A model generated the notes under the pieces. The model was not told the DNA's origin and did no database searches. It was given only the letters and a program-made list of their open reading frames with translations. Below are positions 20,931 through 29,710 of a DNA stretch of 64,000 nt, in pieces. The stretch lies in IMG/VR virus record IMGVR_UViG_3300045988_183451; one strand, given 5' to 3'. The DNA is from a virus. Numbering within the stretch: position 1 is the first letter of the stretch; each line of letters starts with the position of its first letter. A program made the position numbers and the translations under genes.

Positions 20931-20980
20931 CTGCATCATCTAAAAGGTAGTTAATCTAGGTTCGATTCCTAGTGGTGCAG
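20931..20980 (+). ncRNA. tRNA-like minihelix (acceptor stem + T-arm with GGTTCGATTCC T-loop) followed by T-run; not a complete tRNA
   Basis: 5' ctgcatc pairs with 3' ggtgcag (one G-U); T-stem ctagg/cctag; T-loop ttcgatt; only 17 nt between acceptor and T-arm, so no D or anticodon arm; ttttatcaat follows. Confidence 0.25.
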
Positions 20981-21116
20981 TTTTATCAATAAAAATATTG
21001 ATAATTATGTATTTTCGTTATGGAATGAAATATTTTATTTAGCTTACGTATTTCTCATAAAAAATATAAAAACCAAGAACGAAAAGAATAAAAAGATGAA
21101 AAGGAGTATTTAAGAA

Positions 21117-21311
21117 ATGCATGAGATTGTAGAAAATTATGGAAAAGTTATTTTAGCTTTATTAGCGATTGCTGTAGTTATTACATTATCTGTTTTAACT
21201 TATAATACAGTAGCAAAGAAGACAGCAGAAGGTGTTAAGTCTATTAATTACGATACTGATGCTTCAAATGTAAATAATATCTGGAATAATACAGAGCCAA
21301 CAACAAAGTAA
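21117..21311 (+). CDS. Flp-family-like mini-pilin (leaderless)
   Basis: MHEIVENYGKVILALLAIAVVITLSV matches the mature Flp N-terminus (xIEYGLIAALIAV) without any prepilin leader; SD aaaaggagtatttaagaaATG. Confidence 0.5.
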   Translation: MHEIVENYGKVILALLAIAVVITLSVLTYNTVAKKTAEGVKSINYDTDASNVNNIWNNTEPTTK

Positions 21312-21430
21312 TAATTCAATAAAAATTATTACAGAAGGTAAAAATAGAGAAGTAGAGATAATTAATTCTCTATTTCTCTATATTTTTTTTAAAAAGAAAC
21401 TAATTAATAATAAAAAAATGGAGAAAAGAT

Positions 21431-22564
21431 ATGACTGAAAATTATACAAACCGTTCATTAGAAGAAATTTTAGAAAAAAACAAAAATGAACTTTTTAGTG
21501 AAATTGAGGAGTATTTAAATAATGAAAAGATAACTGATATTGAATGGGATGGAGTTCATTTATGGATAACAGAATTGGGGAAAGGCTGTTATAAAACAAA
21601 TAAAAAATTATCAAAAGAATTTATAAATAATTTAAGTATTAGATTAGCAAATATTATGAAAACAAATTTTAATACACAAAATCCAATACTTGAAGCGCAT
21701 ACTAAAGAATTAAGAATTTCAATTTTTCATGAAACAAGAAGTGAGGAAAAATCATTAACAATAAGAAAAATTCCAACAAATTTAAGGTACGACCACGATA
21801 TTCTTATAGCTAATGGAACAATCCCAGAAGAGCTGCTTAATTTATTAGAAAATTGTATAAAAGCGCATTGCAACATAGTAATAGGTGGAAGACCCCATGC
21901 AGGAAAAACAGAATTGCTTAAGTATCTATCTAATTTTATTCCAGCAAATGAAAAAGTTGTTACATTGGAAGATAATGCAGAAATTCATTATAGAGAAATA
22001 CACCCAGATAGAAAATGTGTTCCCTTTTTAGTAGATGATAAAGTAACATATTCAGATGCTATTAAGGCTTGTTTAAGACACAATGCTGACTGGTTATTAT
22101 TATCAGAATCTCGTGGTCCAGAAATTGTAGAGCTTATAAATGCATTAAGTACTGGTAGTTATTGTATGACAACTATTCACGTAGATGGTGCAAGAGACAT
22201 TCCAGATAGAATGTATAACATGCTTGGAAATAGTAGTGATTCTCCTAGATTTATAAATAATATTTATCGTTATATGGATGTAGGAGTAATGATAAAAGCA
22301 GATAAGAAAGAAAATAGAGTTGTTTCAGAAGTAGGTTTTTTTAATAGAACGAATATAAAAAAAGAGGATGGCTCATATACAACTGAAAACATTTATACCC
22401 CTTTTTATAATACGTTTGAAGGTATTAAAGATAAGGATACATTACCTATTAATATAAAAAGAGCTTTTAGTAGAGCAAAAATAGATAATCCTTTTGAAAG
22501 ACCAGAAACACCAAAAGATATCATTTTTGAAAGGAGTAATAAAACAAATGAAGCAGCAAATTGA
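21431..22564 (+). CDS. CpaF/TadA/VirB11-family secretion ATPase
   Basis: Walker A GGRPHAGKTELL, TLEDNAEIHY, Walker B/Asp-box DWLLLSESRGPE, His-box MTTIHVDGARD; about 377 aa. Confidence 0.7.
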   Translation: MTENYTNRSLEEILEKNKNELFSEIEEYLNNEKITDIEWDGVHLWITELGKGCYKTNKKLSKEFINNLSIRLANIMKTNFNTQNPILEAHTKELRISIFHETRSEEKSLTIRKIPTNLRYDHDILIANGTIPEELLNLLENCIKAHCNIVIGGRPHAGKTELLKYLSNFIPANEKVVTLEDNAEIHYREIHPDRKCVPFLVDDKVTYSDAIKACLRHNADWLLLSESRGPEIVELINALSTGSYCMTTIHVDGARDIPDRMYNMLGNSSDSPRFINNIYRYMDVGVMIKADKKENRVVSEVGFFNRTNIKKEDGSYTTENIYTPFYNTFEGIKDKDTLPINIKRAFSRAKIDNPFERPETPKDIIFERSNKTNEAAN

Positions 22565-24053
22565 GAAAATTAAAAATTATTTTTCTTTAAGACAAATGAA
22601 GAAAGAAATCTATGGTTATGGATATACTGTGTCTGGGGTGAAATATATTTTACTTATATTATTTAGTATAGCTGTAACGATAGGTTTTAGTCTTTTATAT
22701 CAAATGAAAATTGGATTTACATTAATTGTAGCTTTTACTTTTATATGTGTAATTCCTTTAATTATTAGAGCAAAATTTATTAATTTATATCAGAAAAAGC
22801 GTTTTAATGAAGTGGATATTTACTTACATCAAATGGTTTATTCTTTTCAAAAGAAGCCTAAGATATTAACAGCATTAGAAGATACTGCAAAAGTAAGTAC
22901 AGGAAAATTAAAGAAAACATTAGAAAAAGCTATTGAAAATTTATACAACAGTGCATCTGAAAATATTTATGAAGAAACTTTTGCAATTATTGAGAAAGAA
23001 TATAATAATTCAAGAGTGAAAGCACTTAATAAATATATGATTAATATTGAACAAAATGGTGGTGAATATTCAGATTCTATTAATATCATGTTAGTAGATA
23101 TTGATAGCTGGATAAATAGAACATATATAGAGCAAGCGGATGTAGAGAATGTAAAGAAAACTAATATGATTGGTTTATTTATAGCCTTTATAATGGGTAG
23201 TGTTTGCTCAATATTCTCATTATTTTTAAATAGCAGAAACGATATGTCTATTGCTATAACTGGTAGTATTGCTGATGATATTTCTTATCAATTAGGTTGT
23301 CTTATATTTTTGATTGTTAGTATTATATTTTTTACATATACACAAACTGGATACAATAGAGATTGGGTGTCAAAATCATTAAATAATAAGACTGTTATGA
23401 CCGATTATAAAAAAGCAACTGAATTTAATCCTAATAAATTAAGACTTATTAGTATACCGATATATGTATTTTTTGCATTAATAGGTGTTATTATAATATT
23501 TATAAAAACAATTCCTTATAGGGCCGCTATTGCTATTGGATTATTTGCTTTTGATATTTATTTAATAGCATCTCCTGATATACAAAAAAAAGGAGCAGTA
23601 TCAAGAACAAAAAAGAATATTCAGGAAAGCTTTTCGGAATGGTTAAGAGACGTTTCATTAAATCTTCAAAAAGAACCTTTACTTTCTGCAATACAAGATA
23701 CTTATGAAGAATGCCCTGTAGTTTTAAAACCAGAGTTAGAAATATTCTTAAAGAGAATTGAAGAAAATCCCTCAGATGTAGAACCTTATTATGAGTTTTT
23801 AGCGCGTTTTCATATTCTTGATATAAGTTCAGCTATTAGAAATCTTTATTCAATTTCAGATAATACAGATATTGATATGGATAAGCAGTTAAATTCTTTA
23901 ATAGAACGTAACTATGAAATTATTAATAAGAATGAGATTATATCAAGCGAGGATAGAAGCGCAGTACTACATTTTTCTGAAAATATCCCAATTATTGTGG
24001 CTTGTATAAAGTTAGGTGTGGATATGCTTGCTTTAATATCAATTTTAATTTAA
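22548..24053 (+). CDS. polytopic inner-membrane platform protein (TadB/TadC / GspF-like by position and topology)
   Basis: Start reset to ATG 22548 with SD gaaaggagtaataaaacaaATG (track start 22494 lies inside the upstream gene); many TM helices. Confidence 0.45.
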   Translation: MKQQIEKIKNYFSLRQMKKEIYGYGYTVSGVKYILLILFSIAVTIGFSLLYQMKIGFTLIVAFTFICVIPLIIRAKFINLYQKKRFNEVDIYLHQMVYSFQKKPKILTALEDTAKVSTGKLKKTLEKAIENLYNSASENIYEETFAIIEKEYNNSRVKALNKYMINIEQNGGEYSDSINIMLVDIDSWINRTYIEQADVENVKKTNMIGLFIAFIMGSVCSIFSLFLNSRNDMSIAITGSIADDISYQLGCLIFLIVSIIFFTYTQTGYNRDWVSKSLNNKTVMTDYKKATEFNPNKLRLISIPIYVFFALIGVIIIFIKTIPYRAAIAIGLFAFDIYLIASPDIQKKGAVSRTKKNIQESFSEWLRDVSLNLQKEPLLSAIQDTYEECPVVLKPELEIFLKRIEENPSDVEPYYEFLARFHILDISSAIRNLYSISDNTDIDMDKQLNSLIERNYEIINKNEIISSEDRSAVLHFSENIPIIVACIKLGVDMLALISILI

Positions 24054-24065
24054 AGGAGAAAAATT

Positions 24066-24170
24066 ATGCATACTATAATAGAAAATTTTTCAGATGTCTT
24101 AATAGCCTTAATAACAAATTCTGTAATTATTGCAATTTTGTTCAAATGTCTTTTTATGATAGCAAGATAA
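24066..24170 (+). CDS. Flp-family-like mini-pilin paralogue (34 aa)
   Basis: MHTIIENFSDVLIALITNSVIIAILF; SD taaaggagaaaaattATG; below the ORF-track size cutoff. Confidence 0.45.
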   Translation: MHTIIENFSDVLIALITNSVIIAILFKCLFMIAR

Positions 24171-24238
24171 AAATATAAAAATATAGGCATTAATATTTAA
24201 TTAATAATATTAGTGCCTATAAAAAGGAGTAAAAAAAT

Positions 24239-24376
24239 ATGCATGACATAATAGAATTTTATGGAGAAACAATAGTTAATTTAATAGGAGTTTCTACAGG
24301 TATGGCACTATTTATCTTATTATTAATAAATTATGGCGCTACAGTGCAACAAATATTAAATGGAATATTTATGTAA
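24239..24376 (+). CDS. Flp-family-like mini-pilin paralogue (45 aa)
   Basis: MHDIIEFYGETIVNLIGVSTGMALFILLL; SD aaaaaggagtaaaaaaatATG. Confidence 0.45.
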   Translation: MHDIIEFYGETIVNLIGVSTGMALFILLLINYGATVQQILNGIFM

Positions 24377-24402
24377 AAAAATATAAAGAAAGGAATATAT
24401 AA

Positions 24403-24912
24403 ATGAAAAATATACTTGAAAGTAGTATTTATCTTGTATTAATGTCGTTTATTTGTATAATATCAGTTCAATTTATAATAATAAATACAAAAGTTTCAAA
24501 AGTAAACGAAGTTGCTACTTATATAGAAAATTATATTGAAGCTAATGGCACTTGTATTTCAAAACAGAAAACGATTAAAAAGATAGATACAAATGGAAAT
24601 ATTATTGATGGAATAGAAGATGAACCTGTTTATTATAAATATGATAATACAGGAAAAATAGTTGAAGCATCTGATGCTGACATTAATAATGATAATATTA
24701 CAGTATTTCCTATAATGCAGCAGGAAAAATTAGATGCTTTACAAAAAATAACTAATAGTTATGGATTTGACGTAAAATGGAAATATATAGCTAGTACTAA
24801 TAATTATGGTTATATTGAGTATACAGTAGGATATAAACTTAATAATAGCTTAATTGGCTGGAAAAAAACTCATACATATCAGGGATTAGCTAGATTTTCA
24901 TTAGATACATAA
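24403..24912 (+). CDS. TadE-like pseudopilin / minor pilin candidate (N-terminal TM anchor)
   Basis: N-terminal hydrophobic helix SSIYLVLMSFICIISVQFIII then soluble domain; position within the pilus locus. Confidence 0.35.
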   Translation: MKNILESSIYLVLMSFICIISVQFIIINTKVSKVNEVATYIENYIEANGTCISKQKTIKKIDTNGNIIDGIEDEPVYYKYDNTGKIVEASDADINNDNITVFPIMQQEKLDALQKITNSYGFDVKWKYIASTNNYGYIEYTVGYKLNNSLIGWKKTHTYQGLARFSLDT

Positions 24913-24925
24913 GGTAGGTGGTTTT

Positions 24926-25381
24926 ATGAGAACAAGTATAACAACCTCTACATTATTAATATCTATAGTTTTAATTATATTAATACATTGCACAATTATT
25001 AGCCAAAATGCAAGATATACAGAAGTAAGCACAGGCTTAAATAGTTCTATGGATTATGCCTATGACAGAATGTTTGATTATTATTCAGATAAAGAATTTA
25101 TTAATAAATATGTTGTTTTAGATGAAAATGGTTATGCTAAAACACAAGATGGAAAATTAGTATTCAAAGATGATGTTAAGAACGTACAAGCTAATTTAGT
25201 AGAATATTTTTGTAATGTGTTAAAAGAACGATTAGGCAGTGATGGTAAAATAAAAGTACAATTATTATATATGGATTTACAAGAAGGTACTTTTCAGGTA
25301 AGGGTTACTGAATATTTCCCTTATCCTCTACTTAATAAAGTTGGGACATGCGTTTACGAAAAAACATATACATTATATTAA
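24926..25381 (+). CDS. TadE/TadF-like pseudopilin candidate (N-terminal TM anchor)
   Basis: N-terminal helix TSTLLISIVLIILIHCTII; SD ataaggtaggtggttttATG. Confidence 0.35.
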   Translation: MRTSITTSTLLISIVLIILIHCTIISQNARYTEVSTGLNSSMDYAYDRMFDYYSDKEFINKYVVLDENGYAKTQDGKLVFKDDVKNVQANLVEYFCNVLKERLGSDGKIKVQLLYMDLQEGTFQVRVTEYFPYPLLNKVGTCVYEKTYTLY

Positions 25382-25392
25382 AACATATTAAA

Positions 25393-25427
25393 AGAGTTTA
25401 TAAGTAAGATTATAAGCTCTTTTTTTC
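25393..25427 (+). terminator. rho-independent terminator
   Basis: agagtttataa...ttataagctct stem followed by tttttt. Confidence 0.5.
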
Positions 25428-25445
25428 AAGTAAAAAAAATATTAA

Positions 25446-25455
25446 ACACTATTAT
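25446..25455 (+). promoter_or_regulatory. conserved ACACTATTAT promoter-like motif (second degenerate copy ACACTATTCT at 25489-25498)
   Basis: ttaaACACTATTATatatag; 70 nt upstream of ATG 25525. Confidence 0.45.
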
Positions 25456-25524
25456 ATATAGTATTTTTTTGTAAAAATACACTATTCTTATTATAAAAAA
25501 ATCAATAAAAAGTAAGGAGCAATT

Positions 25525-26802
25525 ATGAATAATCAGTATTCTATAGAAGAAAAGAAAAACAGACATTTATTATTTGATACAAATAAGAACATATTTTTGA
25601 CTGGTCCTGGAGGAACAGGAAAATCAACATTACTAAATGAATTCATTGAAAATAATCCTGATACGATTGTTACAGCTCCAACTGGGTTAGCTGCTGTAAA
25701 TATTGGGGGAGTAACTACATTTAATGCTTTTAGTATACCTATTCCTTGTTTTGGAGCAACAACAAATAAGCTTACAGAAGCTAAATTAAAAAAGATTATA
25801 TTAGCTGATAATATAATTATTGATGAAATAAGTATGTGTAGGGTAGATGCTTTTGTTTATATTGTAAAGGTAATTAAAAAAGCTGAAAAGATAAAAGGTA
25901 AGAAGATAAGAATTATTGTTAGTGGGGATTTTTCACAACTTCCTCCTGTTATTACTGATGAAGATGCTAAAATGTTAAAAAAATTTGGTTTTCATAAATC
26001 TGGATTACCTTTTACCTGTAAAGAATGGGAGAACTGTCATTTTACTACTATTGAACTTACAGAGGTTAAAAGACAGGACAATCTTGAATTTATTGAAAAC
26101 TTACATAAGGCAAGATTAGCAGATAAGAAATGTATTACATATTTTAATCAATTTGTTTCTACTGATGTACCAGAAGATTGTATTCATATATGTGGAACTA
26201 ATGCAGAAAGCTATAGACTTAATAAAGAGTATTTAGATTCTTTAGAAGGGATGCCTTATGCATATCAGGCTATAAAAAAAGGAAGAACTACAGGAGCGTA
26301 TGTAGATGATATTATAGTCCTTAAAGATGGAGCTAATGTATATTTTACTGTTAATGATATATATGGCGGTGAGTATGTTAATGGAACTTTTGGAAAAATA
26401 CATAAGTGTTACAAAGACCATATAGAGGTAGATGTTGATGGAGAAGTTATAGATGTCACACCTCATAGATATTCAGTTTATAATTATAAAATTGTAAATG
26501 GAGCTTTAAAGAAAGAAGAAATAGGTTCAGTTTTACAAATGCCTTTAAAATTAGCTAAAGCGATTACTGTACATAAATCACAAGGAAAAACATTTGACAA
26601 AGAAGTGTTCACTCCTAAAATATTTGCAGCGGGACAGGCTTATGTTGCATTAAGCAGAGTAAGAAGTCCTGAAGGTTTGTTTTTAACAGAACCTTTACTT
26701 CCAGAACAATTAATGTCAGATAAAACAGTGCTAAAATTTTATAAAAACAACTATAAATTTGACATTGTTGGAAAAAAGAAAATAAAAGAGGAAGTAGGAT
26801 GA
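25525..26802 (+). CDS. PIF1/RecD-like SF1B DNA helicase
   Basis: Walker A FLTGPGGTGKSTLLNEF; IIIDEISM; KAITVHKSQGKTFD; YVALSRVRS. Confidence 0.7.
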   Translation: MNNQYSIEEKKNRHLLFDTNKNIFLTGPGGTGKSTLLNEFIENNPDTIVTAPTGLAAVNIGGVTTFNAFSIPIPCFGATTNKLTEAKLKKIILADNIIIDEISMCRVDAFVYIVKVIKKAEKIKGKKIRIIVSGDFSQLPPVITDEDAKMLKKFGFHKSGLPFTCKEWENCHFTTIELTEVKRQDNLEFIENLHKARLADKKCITYFNQFVSTDVPEDCIHICGTNAESYRLNKEYLDSLEGMPYAYQAIKKGRTTGAYVDDIIVLKDGANVYFTVNDIYGGEYVNGTFGKIHKCYKDHIEVDVDGEVIDVTPHRYSVYNYKIVNGALKKEEIGSVLQMPLKLAKAITVHKSQGKTFDKEVFTPKIFAAGQAYVALSRVRSPEGLFLTEPLLPEQLMSDKTVLKFYKNNYKFDIVGKKKIKEEVG

Positions 26803-27257
26803 TATATGAGATAGATTTAAAATACAATAAAGAAGCTTTAGAAGATAGATATTATAAATTTAAATATAAAATATTAAACGTAATTACAATCGAAACATTA
26901 ATATGGATGTTGATGATTATTTTTATTTTGTTTTTTATAAAAGCTCCATTATTTTATGTTATTTTTACAACTATATTATATTGTATTTGTGTTTTCGTAA
27001 GTTTGTCTATTTATTCTGAATATAAACAGGCCTACAAAGTAATAATGCTATTCATAAAACAAGAACACTCTTGTTATTATAATGGAAATTTATCATGTGT
27101 GTTTAACATGCAAATACGTTCAGATACATTTTTTCAAATAGGTACGATTGGATTTAACATAAAAATAGTTTATAAGAATATTAACACAGGGTTGTTAGAT
27201 TTGAACGAAGGCTTTTTATATTTGCCTATAAGTAATAATAGATATATAGTTATATAA
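26799..27257 (+). CDS. membrane protein
   Basis: ATGA overlap with the helicase stop; two TM helices. Confidence 0.45.
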   Translation: MIYEIDLKYNKEALEDRYYKFKYKILNVITIETLIWMLMIIFILFFIKAPLFYVIFTTILYCICVFVSLSIYSEYKQAYKVIMLFIKQEHSCYYNGNLSCVFNMQIRSDTFFQIGTIGFNIKIVYKNINTGLLDLNEGFLYLPISNNRYIVI

Positions 27258-27492
27258 GTAAAAAATAGATACAAGTAATAAAAACCACTATCTCCTAGTT
27301 GACAAGAAATAGTGGCTTTTATTATGCGCAAAAAGAAAAAAATATTAATAAAATCTGACTGTTTATTGCTAAAAAATATAACAGACAAAATTATTGAAAA
27401 TAACAGGCTTAATAAAATTTAATATATATTAAGCAAATTTTAGCGTATATTTGAAAATATGCTTTATCAAATAAATTTATTAAATAATAAGA

Positions 27493-27639
27493 TTACTTAA
27501 TTTTATTTTGAAGATACAACTTAATGTATTCTCTTGTTTGAGAAGTACAATCTAACTCATCAATAGACTTTTTACCTGTTTTTACATCTTCAATAGCTTG
27601 CTTGAAAAATTCATCTTTAATTAAATCACTCATATCCAT
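27493..27639 (-). CDS. small hypothetical protein (48 aa)
   Basis: Minus-strand ORF MDMSDLIKDEFFKQAIEDVKTGKKSIDELD... with SD ggagtaagaatt; the conserved motif lies upstream on the same strand. Confidence 0.35.
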   Translation of the reverse strand: MDMSDLIKDEFFKQAIEDVKTGKKSIDELDCTSQTREYIKLYLQNKIK

Positions 27640-27687
27640 AATTCTTACTCCTTTTTTACATATATATAAGTATAACTTTTATATAAT

Positions 27688-27697
27688 ATAATAGTGA
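27688..27697 (-). promoter_or_regulatory. conserved CACTATTAT motif on the minus strand
   Basis: Reverse complement reads aactCACTATTATattatat; 50 nt upstream of the minus-strand ORF 27493..27639. Confidence 0.4.
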
Positions 27698-27735
27698 GTT
27701 ATTATTTTTTTTAAGCATATAAATATATAAACTTT

Positions 27736-27957
27736 TTATAAAAACCTATCAAAAATAGCATTAGATTTAAACTTGCAATAATTAAGTATTCTTTTCTCCT
27801 TAGTATCACCATAATATTGTATATTAGGATTGAAATTTTTAATAAGAGCATATGTTTTATCTAATGAACCATTATTTTTAATCAGCTCATCATATAGCTC
27901 TTGATATTTGCTATAACCTTCTCCATTTATTTCTGAACTTGGTTTGTTTTGTAGCAT
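27736..27957 (-). CDS. hypothetical small protein
   Basis: Minus-strand ORF abutting the HigA-like gene. Confidence 0.4.
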   Translation of the reverse strand: MLQNKPSSEINGEGYSKYQELYDELIKNNGSLDKTYALIKNFNPNIQYYGDTKEKRILNYCKFKSNAIFDRFL

Positions 27958-27959
27958 TT

Positions 27960-28238
27960 TTATACCCTCTCATAGTTTATTTCTTCCATATTTTTATCAT
28001 AGACATATTGTAAATTTAACCAAAACATCCGACTTGTCTCTGTTGCATAAGCTAATCTAAAAGCATAAAATATATCTACATCTTTATCACCATTAATTAA
28101 ATCTGTAAGGCCTTTTAAATTAATCCCAGCTTTGCTACTAAATTGTTTTAATGTTAAGTTTGTTTCCTTTATATATTCTTCAATATAATATCCTGGATGA
28201 AATATACATTGTTCATTTACTTCTAAATATTTACTCAT
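27960..28238 (-). CDS. HigA/VapI-family XRE-type HTH protein (antitoxin-like)
   Basis: FHPGYYIEEYIKE...LTLKQFSSKAGINLKGLTDLINGDKDV...AFRLAYATETSRMFWLNLQYVYD matches the HigA pattern HPGE..E....LS...LA...G.S...L..I..GKR.IS...A..LA..FG.S..FWLNLQ..YDL. Confidence 0.55.
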   Translation of the reverse strand: MSKYLEVNEQCIFHPGYYIEEYIKETNLTLKQFSSKAGINLKGLTDLINGDKDVDIFYAFRLAYATETSRMFWLNLQYVYDKNMEEINYERV

Positions 28239-28794
28239 TATGAATTCCTTCCCTTTTATTAAAAAATGCTAACCCTATACAAATACTGTCAGCAATATCA
28301 TCACTAACATTTATATCATATATTTGTTTTACTAAATTTATAGCTCTATTTTTTAACTCTTTTCTTTTTAATTTAACCTTATTTTCTGAATTAGGTATAC
28401 CTACAGCTTTTCTCCAAGTAGTAGGTGAATAAAAACATATAGAACATCTCTTATGTTCTATTGAATAACTAAGAACTAAGCCTTGTATATGACATAGCTT
28501 TTTATAAGCATATCCATCTTTTCCCATATAGGTATCTTCAATAACTATCATTTTTGGCTTATATTTCTTAAGATAATTATTAATTCCTTTGATTATATCA
28601 ATGATACGATAATCCATATTTTTCTTTTTTATTTCAGCTTTTTCCTGCTTGGTCATATCTTTATTCACTTCATAGGGATTATCTGGTTTTATATATGTAT
28701 AATCTATAAGTTCTTTTGTGTTATAATCAAAGACAGCTATACCAGTATTAGTAGTACTGCCATCTATACTTATTAAATATTGTGTGTTGTTCAT
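28231..28794 (-). CDS. RuvC-like Holliday-junction resolvase (phage-type)
   Basis: N-terminal LISIDGSTTNTGIAVFD (RuvC motif I), MIVIEDTYMG (catalytic Glu), C-terminal DIADSICIGLAFF (D-x-A-D motif). Confidence 0.6.
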   Translation of the reverse strand: MNNTQYLISIDGSTTNTGIAVFDYNTKELIDYTYIKPDNPYEVNKDMTKQEKAEIKKKNMDYRIIDIIKGINNYLKKYKPKMIVIEDTYMGKDGYAYKKLCHIQGLVLSYSIEHKRCSICFYSPTTWRKAVGIPNSENKVKLKRKELKNRAINLVKQIYDINVSDDIADSICIGLAFFNKREGIHNE

Positions 28795-29000
28795 TTCCTA
28801 TATTTCCTTTTTATATTATTTATTACTAATTTATACAAAACCTCTTTTTAATATAAAAGAGTAATCTAGTAACTTTACATTCATAATTCTTAATTGATTT
28901 AAGTGGATTACATAACATTCAGTAGATGTTATATATTATAATCGAACACCCTTTCGGGTGCAAACATTGACTAAACTAGAAATCTTATCATTCTATCCTA

Positions 29001-29294
29001 TCAATCAAATAAGAAAATTTCTAAAGTATTAATAGAACTACCATTTATAGAAGCAATTTCTAGTTCTTCTAATGCAGCCTTTAAATTATCAGATGCCTTT
29101 TCACTAAAAAAGTCTTTAGTTCTAAAATCAATAGGGTTTTCTTTATTAAAGGTTTCTATCTCAATAATTCCTAATCTCTTATTAGAATTTATCCCAAATA
29201 AAATAATATGTGTTGGTGCTATTCTTGAATATGCTGAACCATACTTTTTAATTAACTTTTCTAAAAATACTATATAATCTTTTAATCTCATCAT
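29001..29294 (-). CDS. hypothetical protein
   Basis: First gene of the minus-strand block; the conserved motif lies upstream. Confidence 0.45.
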   Translation of the reverse strand: MMRLKDYIVFLEKLIKKYGSAYSRIAPTHIILFGINSNKRLGIIEIETFNKENPIDFRTKDFFSEKASDNLKAALEELEIASINGSSINTLEIFLFD

Positions 29295-29328
29295 TACGAT
29301 TATTCCTTTCTAATATGAACTATTAATT

Positions 29329-29338
29329 ATAATAGTGT
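29329..29338 (-). promoter_or_regulatory. conserved ACACTATTAT motif on the minus strand (divergent from the 29398 copy)
   Basis: Reverse complement tttttACACTATTATaattaatag, 35 nt upstream of the minus-strand start 29294. Confidence 0.4.
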
Positions 29339-29397
29339 AAAAAAATAAAGATTTTTGTGTGTTTTTAATTTTTTTTATTGTTTTTTTTAAGTATCTT

Positions 29398-29407
29398 ACA
29401 CTATTAT
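29398..29407 (+). promoter_or_regulatory. conserved ACACTATTAT promoter-like motif
   Basis: gtatcttACACTATTATaaaatgaggtaaataaaaATG; 19 nt upstream of ATG 29426. Confidence 0.45.
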
Positions 29408-29425
29408 AAAATGAGGTAAATAAAA

Positions 29426-29698
29426 ATGAAAAACAAAAGGAAAATACAAGCTTGTATAGGAATATTTATTTGTAGTTTAAGTATTTGTATATGCGTAATA
29501 TTAGTATTTAATCTTATTAATAAATCTAAGAATATATCTTATAGAGTAAAAGAAGATATAAATAATGATTTACATAATGGATATTCATTAATCATTGATA
29601 ATATTCAATATGATAAAATTCCTATGGATATTAATATTGATGATTATATATTAACAACTAATGAAGCTAATAAAGAGATTATATTAATAAAAAGATAA
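29426..29698 (+). CDS. small protein with N-terminal TM/signal anchor
   Basis: KIQACIGIFICSLSICICVILVF hydrophobic segment. Confidence 0.4.
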   Translation: MKNKRKIQACIGIFICSLSICICVILVFNLINKSKNISYRVKEDINNDLHNGYSLIIDNIQYDKIPMDINIDDYILTTNEANKEIILIKR

Positions 29699-29710
29699 GG
29701 AGAAATAATT

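Noticed and set aside
20931-20980. Complete tRNA gene
   Set aside because: Only the acceptor stem and T-arm are present, with 17 nt between them. There are no D-arm or anticodon arm and no CCA. It is kept only as a tRNA-like minihelix.
22494-22547. Upstream start of the platform protein at 22494
   Set aside because: It lies inside the ATPase gene with no SD. ATG 22548, preceded by gaaaggag, is a far better start.
27736-28238. Complete HigBA toxin-antitoxin pair
   Set aside because: The HigA-like HTH is convincing. Neither neighbour shows RelE/HigB hallmarks: 27736..27957 is 73 aa with no conserved basic catalytic residues recognisable by eye. Only the antitoxin-like gene is called.
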